Sequence record: PV593634.1
Strand: one strand, 5' to 3'
DNA: 64,000 bases
Shown here: one piece after another, positions 57,208 through 64,000 of the stretch
Numbering within the stretch: the stretch's first letter is position 1
Layout: each line of letters begins with the position of its first letter
The notes under the pieces: model-generated
Database searches by the model: none
Told to the model about the DNA's origin: nothing
What the model saw: only the letters and a program-made list of their open reading frames with translations
Position numbers and translations under genes: made by a program

Positions 57208-60114
57208 TTAAACAGGTTGGTCCCAGATATCGTCACCGGTACCTGATACTTCACCACCAGCTTCCTGCGCTTGTTCTTGAGCTTCGGCATCCATTTCTTC
57301 AGAAGCACCTTCTTCTACTTGCTCCTCAGCAGAGGCATCGTCATCAAAGCTTACTTCTTGTTGTTCTTCAACCTGATCGGTTTCAGGATTGTTCTCATCG
57401 ATAGTTCCTTCTTCACCTGGTATTACTGTATCGTTAGGTGGAAGTTCCCCATCATTGAATTTCTCCTGTTCTTCCTTCTCAATACGTTCTTTAAGTTTGT
57501 CAACTTTGTTCTCAGTTTTCTTACCAGATTTATGGTAATCAGCCAGGAACTTAACAACGTTAGCATCAAGGTCGGAAGCTTTGTTAATGATATTAAGAAT
57601 ACCACCAGCTTGACCATTAGAGAGAATATCCTCGAACGGCATTGGTAAGTTGAATCGGGTAAATGCTTCATTCAACAGAACCGCTTTAATGGATTCCAGA
57701 ATAGCTTCACCATCAAGACCAACTTCCTCAGCACGCTTACGCAACATCTTAGAACCACCACCCAACTCAACCCAAGTTGTAGCCAGTTTCTCAACAGCTT
57801 CAATCTTGTCTTCGAGTTTGTTCAGTGAATCAGTAATTGCAGGGGTAGGGAGAACTACAAAGAAGTTGTTCAGGAAGTCTTTCAGCACAACACGAATAAT
57901 ATCCATTTCTTCCGGAGAGGTTTCATCATCAGCGTCAGACTCTTGAGAGATTTTCTCTTTAGTCTCATCAGTGATATCCAACTCACCTTGGTCAGGTTTC
58001 ATGTAGAGCTTTTTGTTTTCCTTAATAACGTCTAATAAATCGCCAATCAACGGTTCGTTAACACGGATATGCTTACGCATAATCTCAGTGAAGAAACGAG
58101 AGAAAGTACGAGAGTAGTCGTTAGTCTGGTTACGGAGTAATTCCTGGTCAGCAAGTGCTTCAATTGCGAAGTCGTTGCCTTCACCAGTATCTTCCAACCA
58201 ACTACGTTTCAGACCAAAGTAACCAGCAACAGTGTTTAACAGGTTCTCACGAGTTTCGCGGTCAATGGACTTCAGTGGTTCACGTTGCATCTGTCCTGCT
58301 TGGAACTCAGGAGCTGCGATGTATTGGTTATCACCAGGGTTAACTTTAATCGTTAATGTTTGTTCTTTGAATCGGTCAAGAACCGCATCGATAGATACGT
58401 TGTTATAACCGATAATGTCGTGCAGTGTTGGGTTGTTAGCGAACCATTCATCACGAGCCATTGCTACTGTATTTCGAACGTCAAAGTCTTCACGTTCAGG
58501 AGTAATCTCCAGTAAGGTGTGAGAGATTGCGTTTTCCATTTGGGCAAGGGCATCAGCAGTATCAAGAACTGCCAAACGAGTGATGTGAAGTTTAGCTTCA
58601 TCAACCAGAGAACGACCAGTACCTAAACGGGAATAGTCGATAGCAACATAAGTGACATAATCAGAAGGAACGAATACAGCCCGCACACCTTGTTGACGCA
58701 TAGCACGAGACCAGAATAGTTTCTTGTTCTCTTCGGTCAGAGAGATGGTGACGTCTTTACTTAAGTCACCGTTTAAGAAACCTTCCACCAGTTCTTTCTC
58801 AAGAGTAGCGGAAGCGTACTCAACCATCCACGCCATATCTTCAGTACATTCGGCACCTTCACCAACGTTACGAATAGATTCAATAACTTGGTTAATGGAT
58901 CCCATCAAAGGCCCTTGCTGTTCTTCACCGGCGCCTTTAGTCTTCTGATAGAACTTAACATCAGAAGTTGCTTTCAAAGGTTCCCCTGTTTCAGGATCTA
59001 GCAAAAGAATGTGACCGAATGGTTTACCGATCTCACCGTTTATGTTTACCGGGATGTCCGCTTCGGAAGGCCAGTGGTAGTCGATACCAATCCCACGTCC
59101 ATCACCAGTGTAATACTTCCCTTTACGAACAGATAAGGTTTCATTCTTATCATAGTGACGATCTGGATAAAGTTCTTCCAATTGCTCGTCAAGGGTTTTC
59201 TTGGAGATAGTATTAACGTGGTTGTTATTCGTTTTGTGCTTCTTACCTTTGGATTTAGTCCAACGGTTATTAATCGCACTATCAACACCTTCCAAACCCG
59301 CTATCTTGCGAAGACGTTCTTCACGCATCTTGGAAGCAAGCTCACCAACCTTAAGTACAACCGGGTTATCTGTGAACGTGAAGTTCAACTTAGGATCAAC
59401 CAGATGGTATTCAGGCTCACGAACGATATCGGTATTATAAAGAGCTTCGAATCCAACAAAACTTCCAGCAGCAGATTTACGCTCTTTGCGAATGTAACCA
59501 ACGTTCTTAGCTTTACCCCAGTTGCCGTCAACGAACTGTTCAGCCAGAACTTTACTAGTTATAGATCGGAAGGATTCGTTACCAGAGACATCTACTTCCA
59601 TCCCGTTAATAAGGTGGTCAAGCGCAGCATGAGAAAGACTCAAGTGGACATAAGAACCTGTACGGAAGAGAACATCTTTAATAATTTGAGGCGCTAACTC
59701 TTCGAAGGGGTATTTTGTTGTGAAGTAGTTTTCAACTACTGTCAGTAACTGATCGTGAAGTTTCTGGTTTTTGATATCAGATGCTTCAGAATCGTAAACC
59801 AATAAGTTACGTTGATCCCCGTTCGGTTTTAACAGAAGGGTAGTCCAAATCTGTTCAGCGCGTTTGATATAGTGGGTTACTGTACGTAGGTCGGTACTAG
59901 CCTGGATATTATTAGTAATGATCTCCGAGATACTTTTAACTTTAGCCATTGGTGGCTTGGTTTTATTCTCTCGGTCTTTCTCATTCTTAATAGTCTCATC
60001 CTTTACAAGTAAAGAACGCAAGGTCTTATCCAAGGGAGACTGGTTCTTTAGTCTTCCTCGAATACTAGACTTATCTACTGGCTTCACCCCTTTGGGTAAT
60101 CTTGAAGTGGCCAC
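57208..60114 (-). CDS. Portal protein (phiKZ gp129-like)
   Basis: 968 aa; GTG start with SD AAGGAG; acidic C-terminal tail; GNESF motif; synteny with gp128/gp130-like genes. Confidence 0.75.
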   Translation of the reverse strand: MATSRLPKGVKPVDKSSIRGRLKNQSPLDKTLRSLLVKDETIKNEKDRENKTKPPMAKVKSISEIITNNIQASTDLRTVTHYIKRAEQIWTTLLLKPNGDQRNLLVYDSEASDIKNQKLHDQLLTVVENYFTTKYPFEELAPQIIKDVLFRTGSYVHLSLSHAALDHLINGMEVDVSGNESFRSITSKVLAEQFVDGNWGKAKNVGYIRKERKSAAGSFVGFEALYNTDIVREPEYHLVDPKLNFTFTDNPVVLKVGELASKMREERLRKIAGLEGVDSAINNRWTKSKGKKHKTNNNHVNTISKKTLDEQLEELYPDRHYDKNETLSVRKGKYYTGDGRGIGIDYHWPSEADIPVNINGEIGKPFGHILLLDPETGEPLKATSDVKFYQKTKGAGEEQQGPLMGSINQVIESIRNVGEGAECTEDMAWMVEYASATLEKELVEGFLNGDLSKDVTISLTEENKKLFWSRAMRQQGVRAVFVPSDYVTYVAIDYSRLGTGRSLVDEAKLHITRLAVLDTADALAQMENAISHTLLEITPEREDFDVRNTVAMARDEWFANNPTLHDIIGYNNVSIDAVLDRFKEQTLTIKVNPGDNQYIAAPEFQAGQMQREPLKSIDRETRENLLNTVAGYFGLKRSWLEDTGEGNDFAIEALADQELLRNQTNDYSRTFSRFFTEIMRKHIRVNEPLIGDLLDVIKENKKLYMKPDQGELDITDETKEKISQESDADDETSPEEMDIIRVVLKDFLNNFFVVLPTPAITDSLNKLEDKIEAVEKLATTWVELGGGSKMLRKRAEEVGLDGEAILESIKAVLLNEAFTRFNLPMPFEDILSNGQAGGILNIINKASDLDANVVKFLADYHKSGKKTENKVDKLKERIEKEEQEKFNDGELPPNDTVIPGEEGTIDENNPETDQVEEQQEVSFDDDASAEEQVEEGASEEMDAEAQEQAQEAGGEVSGTGDDIWDQPV

Positions 60115-60141
60115 CGGTGGGTTTCTCCTTAAGGGAAATTT

Positions 60142-62253
60142 ATGATTAACAATATCGAGTTTAAAGCTTATGTTAAAAACACGATCGCCTTTGCAAGAAC
60201 GATAGTTATAAAATGTAACGATATCGCCTTGTCAGATAACAGGTTAATGGAACAACACTATGGTTTAAATTCAGGAGTAGATCCTGCCAAGTGGCGTTAC
60301 TACATGAACCTGAACGGCGAGTATCATGTAACAGACCAAATGATGTATGTACAGTCTCTGGATAATGGGGACACAATAGAATTCACCAAAGCTAATTTGG
60401 ATTTGCACTTAGCAACTAAACGAGCTTATCGTGAAGGGTCTTATTATTACTCCCGACTAGTCGAAAAATACCCGGCTCAGTCAATTCTTATTAACGGTGT
60501 AATAAACCCAATCCCACAGTCGGAATCTGTACCAGCAAAGGATTACTCTATCCTACGCTATAATAAAGACTACGTTGAGTGGAATGAATACCAATTGATC
60601 CCTGCTTTACAAAAGCATATCGATGCAATGGTTCTGGGTTCTTTCGATACAGAATACCTGTATACCGATAACCTTATGCTTCCATTATTGATCGCCACAC
60701 TCCATGGTTCTCTGGTCTCCAACATTATGATGTTGAGGAAAGAAGCTGCTACGAGTCGTTATGCTCACAGTTTCTATATCTGGTCTCGTTTGCAGTCTGT
60801 CGGTATTTCTAGCGTATATAAGAAGTATCTTGATCGTAAACAAACCATGTGGTTATTCCGCAACATCGATTACGTTCTCCGTAAGTTAGGTCGTCGTGCT
60901 ACGTTTGATGACGTGCTGGATATCCTGCTTACCCATCGTCGTATTCCATTGTCTCGTTATGAAACTATTCAAACGACCGAAGATATGGAAACCACATTCG
61001 TTCCTAAACCAATGATGATCTCTACCCCAATCAACATGATCAACGAGTTCGGTATGGATACACGTATCTACACTGTACCAGAGGTCCTGAAGAAAGAAGA
61101 TCCATTGGCTATCGATAACGAAAGTAACTACGACCAGGGTGAGTCTGATACGTCCTACGCTATTAAATACGGTCTGTTTGGTGATGTGCCGTCTAAGGTA
61201 CTTGAATCGAATATGACCGATACCACTGATCGTAACCCAGATCGTTTAATGAGGGTTCTTCATAACGAATGGATCTATCTGACCTTTAATGGTCGATACA
61301 ACATCAATATCGATGTACCTGATGTTCGTTCAGGTTCCAAGGTTCGTTTGACAATGCCTCAAGCTGTTATACTCTGGCATTATCTCATTGACCGTTCTCG
61401 TGGTTGTGAACCAAAAGAAATCCCAGAATACAACTACTGGCACGTTCGTAAGTTAGTTGACCCGACATGGAAAGAGTTACAGATGTTGGGTGGTAAGGAG
61501 ATCTTATCCGAAGACACTTGTAAGAACATCCTCAAGGTCCAAGTGGATTTCCCTAACCTGATCACCCCAGACGGTTTCTTTAATAAATGTAAAGAAGTTC
61601 AAGATGCAATGTGGGAACATAAGAAGTTATATTCCCGCGTACTTAACCTGTTCTATGCAACACGTCGTAAGAACGCCGTAGACGCCTGCTACGCTGATGG
61701 TTTGGCTAAGTTTGGTAATTGGGCTACTTATGACGACTTCCTCTTGACGTTGGATCTAGACGTCTGGACATACAACCAGGATGAGTGTCTTGATATGGCT
61801 TGGGCTATTTGGTCCAAAGCTACCGGGTGGGAATTCAACGACGTACAGTCCATCGGCGAACAGCAGCGTATGCTAATTAACCTGATGAAAGATCTTACCA
61901 GTTATACTGTTCAGTATGTTGGTTCTACAGAAACATTGGAAGGTCAATTCAACCTCCCTTATATGTTACTGGCTGATGGTGACCACATTGTTGGTGACGG
62001 GCAAACAAGTCTGGTACACGACCCAGGCGCTATCTATATACCGATTGAGTTCCACGGTACTGTAGAAGCGAGTCTTGATGGGGAACCACCTATCGGACAA
62101 TTACCTGGTCCTAACTGGGGTGTGTCGGACGCAGTTCTTTACGGCTCTGCTAAGGTTCCGATTGAGATGAACCTTTATCCTATCGAATATAAACCTGCTC
62201 CGTTCAACAGTATCATCAGTAACGCACTTACCCTTAAAGAAGTTAAATACTGA
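60142..62253 (+). CDS. Baseplate wedge-like protein (phiKZ gp128-like)
   Basis: 703 aa; N-terminal W(R/K)YY(M/L)N.NG.YH pattern; synteny. Confidence 0.7.
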   Translation: MINNIEFKAYVKNTIAFARTIVIKCNDIALSDNRLMEQHYGLNSGVDPAKWRYYMNLNGEYHVTDQMMYVQSLDNGDTIEFTKANLDLHLATKRAYREGSYYYSRLVEKYPAQSILINGVINPIPQSESVPAKDYSILRYNKDYVEWNEYQLIPALQKHIDAMVLGSFDTEYLYTDNLMLPLLIATLHGSLVSNIMMLRKEAATSRYAHSFYIWSRLQSVGISSVYKKYLDRKQTMWLFRNIDYVLRKLGRRATFDDVLDILLTHRRIPLSRYETIQTTEDMETTFVPKPMMISTPINMINEFGMDTRIYTVPEVLKKEDPLAIDNESNYDQGESDTSYAIKYGLFGDVPSKVLESNMTDTTDRNPDRLMRVLHNEWIYLTFNGRYNINIDVPDVRSGSKVRLTMPQAVILWHYLIDRSRGCEPKEIPEYNYWHVRKLVDPTWKELQMLGGKEILSEDTCKNILKVQVDFPNLITPDGFFNKCKEVQDAMWEHKKLYSRVLNLFYATRRKNAVDACYADGLAKFGNWATYDDFLLTLDLDVWTYNQDECLDMAWAIWSKATGWEFNDVQSIGEQQRMLINLMKDLTSYTVQYVGSTETLEGQFNLPYMLLADGDHIVGDGQTSLVHDPGAIYIPIEFHGTVEASLDGEPPIGQLPGPNWGVSDAVLYGSAKVPIEMNLYPIEYKPAPFNSIISNALTLKEVKY

Positions 62254-62346
62254 TTAAGGCATTAGGTGTGTAACTCCATATTTGCCAGAGTTAGCATCGT
62301 TTGATTAACTCTGGTACTATTCACTAAGAACTTAAGGAAATTTAAG

Positions 62347-63264
62347 ATGGCTGAAGCAAGCGGTCGCGATTCGCAGAAACTACCTAACCAGTTGGTAACT
62401 CCGAACGCCCTGGGTATTATTATTAACGATGCAGTCACCACAGGTACTACGGTTGATATTCCTAAATGGACAACCATGAACGAACTGTATGACATCCTGG
62501 CTGATGAATCAATTGGTCGTAAGAACGGTAAAGATTTCAACCTGGCATATTACGGCATCGGTATTGGTGGTTCTCGTTGTATCGGTACGGACTCCAACGG
62601 TCTGGAAGGTCGTCGCGTTTATCAACACAAAGCAACTGACTTTGGTGCTTTCTATCCGATCCCATTCCTGATCCGTGAAATCGGTGATGACGTCGATCCT
62701 GAAACTCGTCGTAAATATCGTATTCGTGTTGTTCGTAAACTGGGCGATAAGATCTACGTTATGTATTACCTGAAGAAGATCAACTTCACTGAATTCGATC
62801 CTACCATGAAAATTGGTGAACGTGATCCAGTAACCGGTAACGAGCAAGAACGTCCATACATTCCGGTTAAAGAAGATTTGACCCCTACTCCGTACGAGCT
62901 GGTTTCAGTTAACGATGTTCCTGTAACTAACCAGTATGTTAACGGTACGGCTAAAATGGATCTGTCTCTGGACGGCAATGACCTGGAAGAAGTTCGTAAC
63001 GTTTGTCGTGTTCTGTTCAACGATAGCTCTAAAGCAGCGATCAACGAAATGTATCTGGTTTACGGTATCGAATCTCGTAACGATGGCGACATCGCTAACG
63101 GTGGTACTGTTAACTATGAAGAACTGCAATCAGCCTGCGTATCTTACTTCATTACTGAAGCTTATGCTCGTGATGCCAACTCCAACAGTCAGCTCCCGTA
63201 TGGCTTCTGGTACGGTAACTCATTACCACTTCTGATTGATCAGTCCGGTACCACAACTCCATAA
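62347..63264 (+). CDS. Baseplate protein (phiKZ gp130-like)
   Basis: 305 aa; YYGIGIGG motif; synteny. Confidence 0.65.
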   Translation: MAEASGRDSQKLPNQLVTPNALGIIINDAVTTGTTVDIPKWTTMNELYDILADESIGRKNGKDFNLAYYGIGIGGSRCIGTDSNGLEGRRVYQHKATDFGAFYPIPFLIREIGDDVDPETRRKYRIRVVRKLGDKIYVMYYLKKINFTEFDPTMKIGERDPVTGNEQERPYIPVKEDLTPTPYELVSVNDVPVTNQYVNGTAKMDLSLDGNDLEEVRNVCRVLFNDSSKAAINEMYLVYGIESRNDGDIANGGTVNYEELQSACVSYFITEAYARDANSNSQLPYGFWYGNSLPLLIDQSGTTTP

Positions 63265-63280
63265 CGACCCGGAGGGGTAA

Positions 63281-63892
63281 ATGTCTAACTTCGATTTAAC
63301 CCCTCGCCAAGCACAATTGACAAAATGGACCACGGCTTCGGCTGTGGTCTCTTCTGTTAACGAAATGTATGGTGAGAGCATCAACCCTGCTTTATATGAA
63401 GACAGGCTGGCCTTTACGGATGCTAACGGTTTACTGACCATTGAGTTTGTTCACATTCAAACTGGTTTGGTCCATTATGTATTCAAAGACCGTTACACCA
63501 TTGAGAGGCAATTGCAAAACGATTTAAGGATAGATAACCCCCGTGAGTTCATTTATCCAGAAGTCATTAAAAACTTTGGTGTCTTAATCAATACCGAAGC
63601 TGAATTGGAATTCATGAAGGATGTTCGTAAAGACGTTCGTTATGATTCTGGTAAACCGGGGAATAACAAAGCTTACGCATTAGCCAAGTTACTGAACCGT
63701 TACAACATCGGAAAGGGATGGAGTTCAAATCCAGACGGTGGTGGAACTACCGCTTACTTTGTTTTGCGGTATTATGGACCTGGTGCTAGTGCTCCAGATA
63801 TTTATAACTTCAACCGAGATGCTAAACTTTTAGTTGTGGTGGAGTTAATGATGCATGGTCAATATGAGACCCATGCACTTGTGGTGGGATAA
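63281..63892 (+). CDS. Putative virion protein
   Basis: 203 aa; SD GGAGG; in structural operon. Confidence 0.55.
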   Translation: MSNFDLTPRQAQLTKWTTASAVVSSVNEMYGESINPALYEDRLAFTDANGLLTIEFVHIQTGLVHYVFKDRYTIERQLQNDLRIDNPREFIYPEVIKNFGVLINTEAELEFMKDVRKDVRYDSGKPGNNKAYALAKLLNRYNIGKGWSSNPDGGGTTAYFVLRYYGPGASAPDIYNFNRDAKLLVVVELMMHGQYETHALVVG

Positions 63893-63897
63893 TTACT

Positions 63898-64000
63898 ATG
63901 ACAGTACGCATACTAGGAATAGATCCAGGTACTACTAACCTTGGTGCGGCAGCGTTGGAACTAGATCCCTACGAACGTAAGCCTTTTAAACTCGTCTATG
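63898..64000 (+). CDS. ruvC: RuvC-like Holliday junction resolvase, 3'-truncated by window edge
   Basis: Manual translation MTVRILGIDPGTTNLGAAALELDPYERKPFKLVY; ILGIDPG is the RuvC/RNase H-fold N-terminal signature. Confidence 0.75.
   Translation, partial: MTVRILGIDPGTTNLGAAALELDPYERKPFKLVY

Noticed and set aside
1-64000. tRNA, rRNA, CRISPR array, introns, inteins, homing endonucleases
   Set aside because: No cloverleaf, rRNA or repeat-spacer pattern seen by eye; RNAP, DnaB and polymerase genes have expected lengths with no intein or HNH/LAGLIDADG motifs. tRNAscan/Infernal not run

Overview
Gene-dense, AT-leaning 64-kb segment of a phiKZ-like jumbo phage (probably Chimalliviridae), identified by motifs and by synteny with the phiKZ gp71-gp130 core block. 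It contains split multisubunit RNA polymerase subunits (non-virion beta-C, beta'-C and beta-N; virion beta'-C), an SF2 helicase, the exonuclease/motif-A half of a split family-B DNA polymerase, a DnaB-like helicase, major capsid, portal, baseplate and internal head proteins, and the start of a RuvC-like gene. phiKZ gp numbers are synteny/size-based assignments from memory, not database hits. Main unexpected observations: (1) a T-TTT-TTC -1 slippery site at 17283-17289 joining a 535-aa gene to the next ORF, as in tail-assembly-chaperone G/GT pairs; (2) an accessory island at 3.4-6.3 kb with an RHH protein, an orphan HigA-like antitoxin fused to three repeats, and stand-alone copies of that repeat domain; (3) about 17 related intergenic hairpins, most flanked by TATG; (4) a repeated ~24-bp candidate early-promoter motif; (5) a G-x-E maturation motif shared by many head proteins, including a dispersed paralog family; (6) a virion-module HExxH metalloprotease-like protein. 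No tRNA, rRNA, CRISPR array, intron, intein or IS element was recognised.
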